64,000 bases of DNA from Paraspadella gotoi (lineage: Eukaryota > Animalia > Chaetognatha). The notes beneath the pieces were generated by a model. It was not told the DNA's origin. It did not search any database and saw only the letters and a program-made list of their open reading frames with translations. Both the position numbers and the translations under genes were made by a program. Location: the NCBI GenBank assembly GCA_051294375.1, contig CM119268.1:4313837-4377836 (forward strand), read 5' to 3'. Shown here piece by piece: positions 26,745 through 40,500 of the stretch. Numbering within the stretch: position 1 is the first letter of the stretch; every line of letters starts with the position of its first letter.

Positions 26745-27192
26745 TTTTTACAAAAATTTTTTAGATATAATGTGGGTTCACTAATGTAAAAAACGATGCC
26801 GCGAACAGGGCGCGAACCCGGGTCCTTTAGGTAGAGAATAGCTCACGCTACGTGCGGCGCCATAAGTACTGCTGATTCTTTAACGAGTAAAGGGGCTGTA
26901 GAGCTTCTCTCTCTCTCTCTTTTAATTATTATATATCGCTCTTTCTCTTTCTCTTTTCTCTGCAGCGGCTGTCTCTCTCTCTCTCTCTTTTTCTCTCTCT
27001 CTCTCTGTCTCTCTGTCTCTCTGTGTGTGTCTGTCCCTATCTGTCCGATCTTTTGCGTGATCGTTTGTTTTTTGAAAAATTCTGATTATTTTTTTCCTTC
27101 TAAAAACTTTTTATTATTGCCATTTATTCCGCGCTTTTTTTCAATACAAAATCCCATATTTTCATCCGAGATTTTCGTGGATTTATTCTCTT

Positions 27193-27234
<42 letters not shown>

Positions 27235-27237
27235 TCT

Positions 27238-27279
<42 letters not shown>

Positions 27280-30010
27280 TTCACTCATACACGCATTTGT
27301 TTGTTTTATTGACTATATCGCATCAATGAATGACAATCATCGCATCAATGAATGACAATCATCGCATCACTGAATGACTATCATCACAGCAGTGAATGAC
27401 TATCATCGCATCAATAATTGATTATCATCGAATCAATAATCAATTCCTATTACATCAATAAATTACTATTACATCAATCAATTAGTATTACCTCAATCAA
27501 TTACTAGTACATCAACAATTCGTTATCGCATGATTCATTCGTTTTTTTCTCTCTCTTTTTATGCAATAGCGACGATCTTATGCTTTTAAGATTTTTTTAA
27601 CTTGCATCATTTTTTCAACTTGCATAATTTTTTCAACTTGCATTCCGTCAAAACTTTATATCTAGCTTCTTCACTCACTTTCCTACCGGCTCACAAAATT
27701 TCATCTCAATCTATCATGGGTTAAAATAAATAAAAAGATTCAAGTAAATGTGACTCATATTTTTTTCATTTAAACTCATTTCCACTGGTACGTTTCCACT
27801 GAAACTTTATATCAAGCTTCGTCATACGTTTTCCTACCCACACACAAAATTTCAACTCAATCTATCCATCCAATTATGATTAATAGGAGTATTTATTGGT
27901 TTAAAATAAGTAAAAAGATTTTAGTAAATTCGACTTATGTTTTTTCCATTTAAACTAATTTCCACTCACACGATTCCATCGAAATTTTATATCCAGCTTT
28001 ATCACACACTTTCCTACCCACACACAAAATTTAATTCCAATCCAACCAGCAATCACGAGTTATTGGAGCTTTTTGCTAAGATGGGACGGATGGACGGATT
28101 GATTGACTAATTAATTAATTATGATTAATTTATTTACTAATTGATTAATTAACTGATTAATCATTTTGATTTATTAATACATCCTGCAGATACATTTAAT
28201 ATAAAAGGAAAAAGAAGCATAATCAATTAGTAAAACAGGTTTTTTGTTTTTTTCCATTTAAACTCATTTCCACTCAAACTATTCCATCGAAACTTGATTT
28301 CCTGTTCAATCACACACTTTCCTACCACATACAAAATTCAGGTCAATCAGCCCATCCACTCATGAGCAATTGGTGTTCAAATAGTGAATATATTTTTTTT
28401 GTTTTTTCCATTTAAACTCATTTCCACTCGGACGATTCCATCGAAACTTAATATCCAGCTCAATCACACACTTACCTATCCACACACAAAATTTCATTTA
28501 AATCCATCCATCCAATCACGAGTTATTGGTGTTTTTTGCTAAGGTGGGACGGACGGACGACGGACGGACAGACAGACGGACGGACGGACATCATTTTTTT
28601 GCATAATTTATCATAATTCGATGTTCTGACATGATATAAGAGTGTGCCCGACAATATTGAGGGGCGGACCGACGGACCGAAAAAGTGAGTTATAAAAAGT
28701 GAGTTATAGAGTCGGGATCTGCTGATAAGCAGATCCGACTAAAAAAACAAAAAAAAAAAAACACTTTGATGGAGAAAAAAAATCTGGCGTGCGTCCGTCG
28801 TCGCTGCTGCGGCTGCTACTGCTGCTGCTGTTGTTGTTTATCGCGTTTTCTCGGAAAGACAGATGAATAAAGTTTTTTATTTTTTATTTATAAATTAATT
28901 CTGATAATACAGAGATGAAGAGCAAATTTCAGAAAATCCGTATTGTTTATATCATTTTTTCTTAAATTTGATTTAAATTTGAATTTTAATATCTGCAATG
29001 ATTGAAACAATACATTACAGTCCTGTGCACAAAAAAATAGGACACTCTTTGAACTTAAAATGCGCTCGTTTTATTATAAAAAAATTATTAATGATAAATA
29101 TAGATTTTGAAATGGAGAAATCCATATGTGTAAGATAAAAGAAAATCGGTCTAAGCATTCAAGAGCTGTAGCTCCCGAAAGACAAGTGGTCAAAAACATT
29201 CATAATTTTAGTCACTACAAAAAACTATTTTTGAAAATCTGCCAAAAACCGAAGATACTATTTAGCCTTAATTATGGGCATTGTATATATGTTTTTAAAA
29301 AAAATATGAATGGGAAATAAGGACTTTTGAAAAAGGAATCCATTTGTGTAACTTAAAAGAAAATCGGTACTGTAATTCCGCAGTAACAGCATCTTAAACA
29401 CAACAGGTTAAAAATATCTTAATTTTCCTCTGCTCTGATATTCTGTTTGAGTAGTTAGTAGTTGTAACCTAGTGATTATTTTTTAAAAAATCACTGCTTC
29501 GTAAAGGATTGCCACGTATAAACCAAATTTACATCAATAGTTACTTTTTCCATGAATATTATTCACTTATAATATCTTTAATTTTAAAAGAATTTAACTA
29601 GATTTATTTTCATAATGTTTTTGGGTGTCCCCTTTTTTTGCACAGGACTGTACATAGAAATTCTTACAGCGACCGACCGACCGAGACTCAGGTTTTAAAT
29701 CTCGAAACAAAATTAACGATTTTTTTGGTCAAAACAAAATCGGTCGACTAAACAACAACTGAAGCGACATTCAAGACCAAAACAACGACGAGGACATTCA
29801 CAACAACAACGACAACAATGGCAACACAACGACGGATCTTGAATATCGGGGGGGGTGAAAGATCGGTCTCAGCAGGTGAACCTGTCCGGTTGATCTTTTG
29901 GAAATTCGCAAGGATATTAGATAATTTGTGTGAAGCTTCTCTCTCTCACTCTGTCTCTGTCTCTTTCTCTCTTTTAATCTGAAAGCAACTCCTTCCTTTC
30001 TTTCCTTTTT

Positions 30011-30042
<32 letters not shown>

Positions 30043-30154
30043 TTTCTCTTCTTTCTTCTTCTTTCTTTCTTTCTTTCTTTCTTTCTTTTTCTTTCTTTCT
30101 TTCTCTTTTTTTTCTTTCTTTCTTTCTTTCTTTCTTTCTTTATCTTTCTTTCTT

Positions 30155-30215
<61 letters not shown>

Positions 30216-30523
30216 AAGATTAAACGCTGGCTATTTCGCTCTATTACATTCTTATGGCCTCTCGCGGCCATTTATTACATCACTGATTGCTTCGGTTTTT
30301 CGGTTTTTCTCGCTTCGTCAAGGCAGAGATTTCCCCCTTCGCCAAATTACATCCAGGATCGAGTCGATACATTTCCCTATGTAATACGGAAAAAAAGCAT
30401 TCACCCGTATGTACTTAAGAAACTTGATGGAAATTCATGATATTTGATCCTCGACGTAATGAGCTGTCCGTGAGCGATTTCCGTTCTCCGCGAGGAATTT
30501 TGAATTTATTTCACAAGTGTCAC

Positions 30524-30558
<35 letters not shown>

Positions 30559-31447
30559 NNNNNNNNNNGAGTCAATGTCGTTTATCAGTCTTTACATTGA
30601 CACTACCTTTTTTTTAATTAATTTTTTTTAATGTTGGAAAATACTTTTTAACTTACAAACTTGTCTTTTAACAAAAAAAATTAATATGATTCCAAGTAGA
30701 AAAAAAAGAGCTAATTTGTATGAGTCTCCTGGTTTCTCGTTTCAATCCATTTCAGTCTTAATGTCCTCAACTTCTTTTGCATTTTCTTTCCATTTTTCTT
30801 TCTTCTCCATTTTTTCCCTCTCTTCACATTTTTAAAGATTTTCTTCCTAAGCATTTATAATTCTTTTTTTTAATTTCTTTTTTAATTTTTATTTTACTGA
30901 TACTGAAATTCACCCTAATGGATTAGTTTCGTATTTATTTAGCCACATTTTCGAAGAGCGACCCATTTTATCTCAATTTCGGAATCGGGTTAATTTTTTA
31001 AGTTAAAGATTAGGTTAAAGGTTAGGGTTAGGGATAACGTTAGGGATTAGGTAGGAGATTAAGATTAGGGTTAAAGATTAGCGTTTAAGGTTAGAAGTTT
31101 GGGTTAAAAAATTATGGAAAAGGGTTTAGGGTTCACGATTATTATATTGTTTGGGATTTAGGTTAAGGATTACGGTTAGGGATTGGTTTATATACCGGGA
31201 TAAAGGAACAGAAATGTGGCGCTCTCGGAAAAGAGAGCCCTTTATTCTTCTGTCTTTTGTCAATTGGATAATTTTAAGTCGGTCAGTCCTCCTGTCCTTT
31301 TGTAGACCAAAGACACAAAAGAATAAAAGCAAAAAAAAAAACAAAACAAAAAAACAAATCAGCTAGAAAAAACAGAAACTGAGGCCGTAAATAGAAAAAA
31401 AATTCATTGTGTAAATACGATTAAGTAGGAGGCTTTTCCTTTTTCCT

Positions 31448-31506
<59 letters not shown>

Positions 31507-31515
31507 CTCTTTTTT

Positions 31516-31599
<84 letters not shown>

Positions 31600-34500
31600 T
31601 TAAATTTTTCTTTTCTGGTTGCACAACGAGGCCTTGATTGCTAATCGTGATTTTCTTTTCAATTTTTTTTTCGCTAAAAAGAACAAATTGAAATTTGTAA
31701 TTTTTTTTATGAATTTTTTTTAAAACACCTCAGCTTCATTATCGAAATTTAAAAACATACAAACATACAGATGAATATACACACAACTGAGAGCTTAACC
31801 ATAACTAAAAATTTTTTGGTTAAAAAGTTTCTTTTATACATTGCGAATTTAATTTTGTTATGAGCTTTTATTGTAAATTTAAAATGGTTAAAGAAGAGGT
31901 AGAGAAACTCGTTTTATTTTTCAAGTATATTAAGTTCAAAATTTAAATTTTCCTGGCTTCTCAACCTCTAGAGACCAAAGCTAAGTGAAAAACTCTAAAA
32001 TTAAAATTCAATTTCTAATCATCGGTCGGTGCTAAAATCGCGATGTTACGGCGGTTTTATCGTCTCCCCGCAGATACAGGGTGATGCAAGAAAAAAATTT
32101 AATCCCAACGGGCGTAACCGGGAAAAGGCAGAAGAACCCGCTTCCGAAGAAGAGAGAAAAGGAGAGACGGAGAAGAGAGAGAGAGGAGAGACGAAAAGAG
32201 CGAGAGNNNNNNNNNNNNNNNNNNNNNNNNNTTTTGTTCTTGCCGTCTTTGTCTGGTCTGGTTGTTTTGTTGTGAAATAACTATTAGCTTTTGGCGAGTC
32301 GTTTTTTTTGTTTTTTTTGGTGGTGTGGGTGTGTTGTCTTGGTCCCACTCTTTGCTTTGGATCAAAACGACTGTGTGACGCCATAAACGAATAGCGAATG
32401 GTGAAACTTTCATTTCACGACGTAAAAAACTGAAGTACGAATCCTGTAAAACGAATGACTATGAGATAAAAGGCTTGGGTAAATTGTTGGGTTATGGACC
32501 ACTTAATTCGATCTGTAAAATAACGAAAAAGACAATATTATGTCGCTACCTAAGTAAAACGAACAGAAGTATTATTAAATGAATATGATTTTCTAAATTA
32601 TCTAATTAATTTCTTTTTGCGAGAAAAATTGGCCGTGGACCTCCGTGCATTCGACTGGATGAGGAACTGAACCGGTTCGTGGATCAATAAAAGAAAAAAT
32701 TTTCGAAAAAAAATTTAGGCAAAAAACGCTAGTCCGCAAAAAATACAAAGGGAGTTAACTACGCGTAGTTAATTCGTTAAGTTGGGGAGAAATTGTCCCG
32801 CCGCAGCGAAGGAAAATGCTGTCTTATAATATTCCCCCGAGCGTAAAAGTCACGAAGAACGCGTGGGAAAAAAGGCAGTGATGGTAATAAAATCACTGTT
32901 TCTCTGGAGATAATCGATAGCGTAACAGATTCGATTGATTAGCTGAGGTTTGAACCTGTCGAAAACCATACATGACAATTAACTAAAAACACTTAAAAAT
33001 TAAAAATTTAACTTAAAGCAGTTAATATATATATATATATATCTATAATAAAAGTCCAAAATTAATTTAAAATTAAGAAAAAAGGTAGCAATTCTATCTG
33101 CTGTCTATTCTCAGATAATGTCTCGTCTCCGTATCAAGTTGCCTCTACGCCGGACAGCTGTTGCTTTCGAAATTTCGTTAGATTTAACACCGTAATCGTT
33201 CGTCACGATCCGGTAGCGTCACGTACGAACAGGAAGTGTGCGTCTTGCTACGCAGTTGCGACCCGGATATTGCGTGGCATTCATCACACGTGGATAAATG
33301 GTGGAAGAAATTCGCACGCGTGAGAAAATATGGGGCGTGGCTGACCTTAGCCGATCGAGTTCGATGCTAGTCTGACTGTTATTGCATAAGAAAAAAAATC
33401 GTAAGTGGCTTGGGAAACTAAATATTTCCGAATGAGTCAATATAACTGCATAATTTGCGGTTGGAGCGTATACTGGAATATGATGAATATTATGTAACTG
33501 TTTAATCTCACCGTAAAAATTCGCTGAATATATGAATCGCAACGAGTAGACGGAGGTACATAAAAATGTAAGAATTCACTAAATAGTTACAAAATATATT
33601 AAAATGATTTGCGAATATGTGTCAATTTAGGCAATAATATAAAAATTTTGGTTCCAAGCAAATGAGAGGCTGGTACGTTGTTGGGCGCTGTATCTTACCG
33701 TCTATCATGTATTCGGACGAGCCTCCAACATGAACCTCCCCGCCTAGCTCCATGAAAGTAACACTTTCTCGACAATGTTTTGTTTAGGCGAGGTATCGTG
33801 TACTCAAACGTAAAACGTGAACAAAGCCAGGACTCCGTCATAAGTGCGTCCCCTATTGCCGATCAAAAAGTCGACATAGTTTGGCAGAAAATTCGAAACA
33901 AACAACATACATAAAACGTAAATGAAATGATCAAGACAAGAAAAATTTTGGCATTGAAAGTCTTGGGGCCCTTCCCGATGAAAAAAGGCTTGCTAAAGTG
34001 CAGCAAAAATAGGAATCCGCCGGTGAACGCGATCTAAAAGAAAATGATCTAGAAATATATACAATTTCGCCGCGTTTTAAAGCAGGAAGCCGAATCCGGT
34101 ATTTCCGGAGTCGCAACCCATAACTCCCGCCACAGGAAGAATCAGCTTTTCAGCTGAATTTGAAATAAAGCAGAAAAAGCGATAATAAACGAAGTAAAAA
34201 TAAAACTATTGATTAAAAATGAAAAAATAGCTAAATCTGCAGACAAAAAGGAAAGACGAGCTTTTAAGCTCCCAGAAAATAGAGAAATAGCCTTAGAGAA
34301 AGGCTTTAGCGCGCATCGTCAATAAATCAGCAAAAAATGCCTAAGGCCGTATCGTACGGCGCGGGGGCCTGTTAATCATTTAGAGAAAATTTTTACACCG
34401 AAAAGAGCAAGACGGTGCTCGCGCTGTCTGACGGAGTTTAGATACAAATAAAACTTAATTTAATTGTAAATAATGAAAAATTGTTAATGGGCATATCAGG

Positions 34501-37500
34501 GTCAGAAAACGCAACGCGATTTCATTAAAAACCCCTAATAAAAACGCTAACGGAGCATTGAAGAAGAATATTAAAACCACTAAATAATTTAAAAAACAAC
34601 GCTACACGCGTAAGGCGTTTCTGAGATAGAAGTAACGGCATTGGTCCTTTTCTGGCACTGACCGCTGTGGACCATCAGCCTCTGAAGAATAAGAGAAATA
34701 CCGTCGCAGGTAAACTATGCAAAAGCAAAAACGAAAAACAAACAATTGGAGCCGAAGTGCAACTAATCAGGTTCGTGGGTTAAATAAATTAAAAGATTGA
34801 AAGCAGAAAAATCCCCAAAAAAAAAAAAAAATCAAAAAAATCAATATAAAATCAAACAATCAATACCTCGAAAAAAATTATGATAAAAAATCTGGTCCGT
34901 AAGAGACGGACGCAGATTGTCCTAAAAGTCCTGGCCGCGGTTACGGTCGCTGAGGAGACGCAATAGAAAATACCCTGGCCCGCGGTTACTGGACGCAGGT
35001 CTTGCGGGACGTGCACGCGTATGCACCGGAAAGCAAAATAAAATATAAATATTTTGGTTGGCCGTAGTAGCGGACGCAGGACGAAAAATTTATAGAAAAG
35101 ATCAAAAAAACTATATCGTAGCTAGAGATAAACTAAAGAAACCGTTTGTTCGTCGAACGTCGTCAAGATGAAGATTCCCTAGAGAGAACCATCTGACTTG
35201 CGGATGAAGCGAACGAGCGACGCCAAACTATCCGATGTTTGTGTTCGGAAAGTAAAAGGCACGAAATAAAACAACTTAAGAAATAAACAGATATAACGGT
35301 ATTTACATGGTTTGCGGAAAAATGTAGGATTAAAAACTACCTAGGTAGTTTATAATCAAAGGTACACTTTTGCGACTTTATCTTACACAATAGCACATTT
35401 AATAAATTGTTTAGGATGCCCGACTGGGGAAAATACGCCGTAGACTGACTAATTGCGGCGTAATATTAACTATACTTACTGGTGCCCAAGTTAAGCAAGG
35501 TAAATCACGTGAACATCATAACCGACTACATATTTAAATAGCTGCAGGGCGATGTTTTAAGCAGGGGGAGGGAACGCTCCGTAACACCTCCAAACCTATT
35601 AACAAGTGATTCGATGTGCCGTAATAAGATTTTAGCCCCATATGCTTCCAGAAGGGGAGGATGGGCTGTAACTTAAACCGTCCGCGGCAAAACAACTAAA
35701 AAAAAAAAAAAAATCAAATCTCAAATAATCTCCCCCGCCGGGACCCCGACAGAGACACCAAGCTGGCTTGTCCCGACCATCGTACAAAGAGCGGGCGTCG
35801 GAATGGTATTCAACAACTGCCCCTCTATACTGCTGCTTCAGAGACTCAAGGAATCGGGCGGCACTGTCGTGGCGGCCTTTCGCCTGTCCGCCGGGAGGAG
35901 CCCTTTCCTTTCGGCGATTGTCCCGGACGCCCCAGGAATACTCTCCGGACGTCACGCCAAATGCCCCGGTGGACAGTCTGTCATCTCTAGATCGGGTCTC
36001 AGTCAAGCGCACCATCCCGCAGGAAGCGCCCTGAACCGCGTCCAATCCTCTTCTCGACGGCAGACTGGCTCACGCGGGCCCTGAAGCGGGAGCGCTCGCC
36101 GAACCCCCTGCCGCCAACTTGCCTCTGGCAACCGTAAAAGGGTCGCTTCGGACCGCCTTCTTCCTCCTTCTTCTTCGTCCTCCCTCTCGTGGCGTGGAAC
36201 ACAACATTGGCGCGTCCTCGTCCGACGTAAGGCCCGGCGGGAGCAGCTCCGGCATGGCAGCCGACGATCGGACCCGGCGCAGTCGAACAGCGTCACTGCG
36301 GTCAGCTACTAGCAGCCTGGATGGCGCTTCTTCGAGGTCGCATCTCTCCTCAGGGAATGATGCAATTCTATAAACGCTCCCCGTGCGTCCTCCTGGCCAA
36401 ACCATTGAACCGCCTGAACAAGATCCGGACTTTGGCAGATCCGGCATGTTCCGCAGGGGCCGGCGGGAGTCCCTGCACATCGCTGCGGGCGAGTCCCGCA
36501 GCTTCCCCGAGTCCCTCCTGCTACTCTGCGTCGTTCTGCAGTTCCGCAGACCGGCCGCCGACGTCGAAACGCCCGGCAGGACGCTGGTTGAACAGGAACC
36601 CTGCCCTGGCTTCCGTCGTGCGGAGCAGACGATTGTTTGCCGATGACGCCGGAGGGTGCCCACGCGAGAAGTCGCCCCGAGTATGATAGTCGGTCCCGGA
36701 TGGGCAGATCGCCAGGCGTTCCCATCTGGGCCGCCAGGCTTCCTGCGGCGTCGACGCTCGGTGGAGGGCCTAGCGCGGAGCCGGGGCGACGAAGGCCTCT
36801 GCCGGCACCCTTATAGCTGGTACTAGGCGTCGTGACACCATAGCGTGTGGACTCTTTATCTTCCACGGTGGACGCTCCCACAGCCTGACCGCGAGAACGG
36901 GAACCCTTATCTTGCGCTGGGGATGGCGCGGGGTTTTCACCCGCCTTCCGGAAGAAGAGGAACGGCTTCCCGGCGTCGTCGTCTCCCCTTTCGGAAGGCG
37001 CCGGCGCCGTTGCAGACCCTGCGGCACATGCGTCTCGGAGTCTGAGTCAAGATTCTAAATCCGACTTAGCGGCGAATATTTCGCCCGTCGGCCACGTGTG
37101 AGGAGAGGTGTCGAGAATCGCAGGGCAATATTGCGTTGCCCATCACAGAAGCGGGGATCTCTGTAGGAGGTTGAGCAGGGACTTGATAGGCCGCTCGCCC
37201 TGAGAGCAGTGAGGCACTATCTGACCTCGGAGGAGCCCGGAAGAAGATGAGATCCTGTCGCGCCAGTACTAACCCAGCAGCCTTCCGCAACCCCTTCGCG
37301 TCGCGGCACCGCGCGGGTAATCTCCAGAGAAGCGTGTCCATTCACAGAGCGGCCCGATCACCATATGTTGACGCTGTTGAAGCTGCCAATGCTTGTCCCG
37401 GCAGGAACGGTGTGGGATGACGATTGAACAATTCCCGTCCGTCCGGGCACCAGAATGTGGCTCACCCAGCAGACACCTGCGCAATAGTAGTAGGCCTGCA

Positions 37501-40500
37501 TTTTTCGAGCTTTGATATTAAATTAATAAAGTTTCTTTCGCGCGTGCAAAACTTGAACCTCCGATAGCGGACAGAAACAAGGACGGTAACTAAAACCTGA
37601 GAAAAAAGGGAGAAAAACAAAGGACGAAGCGACAAACCCGCCAACGCCCGTAATTGAAAACCCAGAAAATAATTAATGCAGGCAATTGAATAATGAAATA
37701 GGTTTTTCTTTTTTGCTTGTCAAAAATATTACAATAGGTCGCGAAACTTGCAAATTAAACATGGTCCGCGTGGTGGAGTAGTGCGCTGTAGGAGAATCGT
37801 GTGTGAGATTGTGAAAATGAATAAAGAAATCGAATAACGATTAAGCGACTGTACGCCAAAATTCCCAATTTGATGCTTATCCATAAAGTTTGAAATGTTC
37901 GTTACTATAAATTAAGTTATAACGGAATCGAGATTAATCCAAAAATTTACAAGCTTTTACTGTCAAAATCTGAAGAAAAAATTTTCGAGTAGGTTGGTCG
38001 CACTTACGAGAAAATCGAAGAATAATGATGGGAATAAAATAATTTTTTTTTTAAAAACCGCTACTTCCAAGCAACTGAAATGAGATAAATAGGTGGTTAA
38101 TTCTTAAAATTAAACTGCTTACGGAAACAAAACAGTTCTGAAAAAATCATGTTGTCTTTAGAACAGAAAGAATTAAAAAGATCAATAAAATTCAAGTCGT
38201 GAAAACATTTAATTCTGAATGTTCTGGTTTTGGTGGGTCAGTCCCTTATGGGGTAGAATTCGATCCGATTGTTTGTGTTGTGTTGTGGAGCGAAATCAAA
38301 GCAAAATTTTGGTAAAAAAGGGAAATTTCGGGTTTGTGTCGAGTCGACAGCTCTGAAAGAGTTAAGATTCGGTTTATTGGTACATGGGCAATGAATTGAA
38401 TAAATAGACGACAAAGGAGTTTTAGTTCTTTGAGGGAGTGAGGTATTCGTTTTTTACTTCAACTCATGGCTAGTCCAAATCGGGACCGATGTTGTGTGTA
38501 GGTATCTGAGTGATTTGTGTGGTTTGTGTTCGCGTTCAAAATATTTTTCCATTTCGGCAGTGATTGTCCGAGGAGCGAGTACGTCTGCGTCGGCAGACGT
38601 GGCGTGGTCGGTGTCGCCAATGGCACACGTCGTGCCTTGTGAAGAGTTTCTAAAACGCAAAGCCATCCACTTCGTTCCTTGACTTGTCTCGTTCGACAAG
38701 TAAAGGACGAGCTGGCCTGACTTTGAGATCCGGCTGCGTCGTTTGCCAACCGTTCGCGCGTGGAGATTAGGTAAATAATCGCGGAGAAAGCGTCGTCTCG
38801 AAATTGAGAAATTCAGATCCCCGCTTGCTTTATACTATCCAGACGCAAAGCATGCGCGGAGAGCACGGCGCCTGGTGGTGAAGACGACGGCGTCGTTCCT
38901 TATCGCGAACATCCTCCGGATATAATAAATCAGCTGGCGTTAAAATAGTATGGCCAATCTGTGAGTCATTCGCTGGCTTAATCGGTTAAAGGCCGGATCG
39001 ATTGATGATTCCTCGCGGCCGTGATGACGGTGGCGAAAGCGTCTCCATCTGACATGCGACCTGTCGGGCCAAGTAGGTGCGTAGAGATGTCGCTTAGCCG
39101 AGCGAACCATCCGCCTCCCAAACTCCAACCTGTAGTGGCGGTCGTGAGTAGGCGGGGGCGAAGTCCCCCAGTCGAAGACCAAGGACAATGGAATTTTTTA
39201 TCATTGTCGGTTCGGTTCATCTTCCTTTAACGGCGTCTGCGCAGGAGCTTTGTCGGCACCGTTTGAAATTGTTGCGTTATCGCTGAAGAGGTGCCGTATG
39301 TCCCGGGCCTTCGTTCCTTCGGCGCATTCGAGAGGCACATTTTTTGATGAAGGACGAAGTCGAGAGAGGAAATAACTCTTTGGTCCCTCAAGATGAACGG
39401 GCGCGAGAGATATTAAGGCAGGGGTAAGAGGCCCACCGTGGTCTGGGTAGTCGCTTATGGTCGGGCACGGCGGCCGTCTTGAGTCGAAGGGCCCAGGGCG
39501 CTATCGAGGGGACGCCAGAGCTGCGACGTCGCAGAGACGGTGTCGGCCCTGGGGCGTCATGGAAGCTCGGAGAGCCGGCGCCATTTTCTGTTGTTCCGGT
39601 GGCTTGAAGGTTTTTTGACAGTAAGAACGCGCATTTGGTTAGAGGAGCTCGACGGAAACAGCTTGGTCGGCGCGCCGGAGGATCCAAGTAACTTGCGTGT
39701 GCGTAGGTTGGTCAACGTTGCAGATATGCTCAATTCCCTCCCGCATGAACCGCTTGCCTCGGTCTTATGAAGCATCTCGGATAGAGAAGCCGCGAACTAG
39801 GTCGCGGTCGTCAGAAGGCAAAATTGATGGGATGTTTCGCGGCTACGAAGAGAGAAAGGCACTCGATCGCGGCGTTACCAACTTTACGTGGGATGAAGGC
39901 GTACGCCGAGACCGATTGTTCAACCGCGCGCAGAGATGTGCGACGAAGCAGGAGAGAGCAACTTAACACGACAGCCAGGCGAATTTTTGTTTGCCAATTC
40001 CTTTCGAGTTGCGGAAGCGTTGACATCCGAATTTTCCGACAAGCAAATTCCATCTCGGAACCGAAATATTTCAATTGAATCAAGCGAATGAGGTGATCCG
40101 CTGCCGATTCAATATCGACGATGTATGATTCTGAGAAATTTTCTTTGGCCGCAGATGCGTTGAAGTCCTTTTCCAAAAACGCAAAGGTCTCCAACACGCG
40201 CAGAGCAAACGCGGGTCTTTCGCGACGCGGGCGCCCAAGATGAAAAACTTGGCGGCGTAATCGAGCATTCACGAGATCAGCGAAAAAATGGGCGATGAAG
40301 GCAGGAGAAGCGACGAGAGGGCGTCAATAGCCGCCCACTTTTTCCTGGGGCGACAGCTCCCGGAAGATCTTCGTTTTCACGGAAATCAAACACCGTTTGA
40401 TCGGGCGCAAGTGATTCCGGTACCAAAGAAATCAGGTCCACGTAGAAACTTCATGCCAATCATCCATTTTTTCCCCGCAGATAGTCCTCGCACTCGCAAT

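Noticed and set aside
26796-26870. Functional tRNA gene
   Set aside because: Only the T-arm/B box is convincing; a full cloverleaf could not be built
23664-27329. Many ER-, LS-, F- and K-rich ORFs in the track
   Set aside because: Translations of (AG)n, (TC)n and (TTTC)n microsatellites
31005-31185. Telomere-like TTAGGG tract
   Set aside because: Highly degenerate and interstitial; common low-complexity repeat
32650-32685. Hammerhead-like ctggatgag-gaac...gttc
   Set aside because: No GAAA after the stem and the core is imperfect
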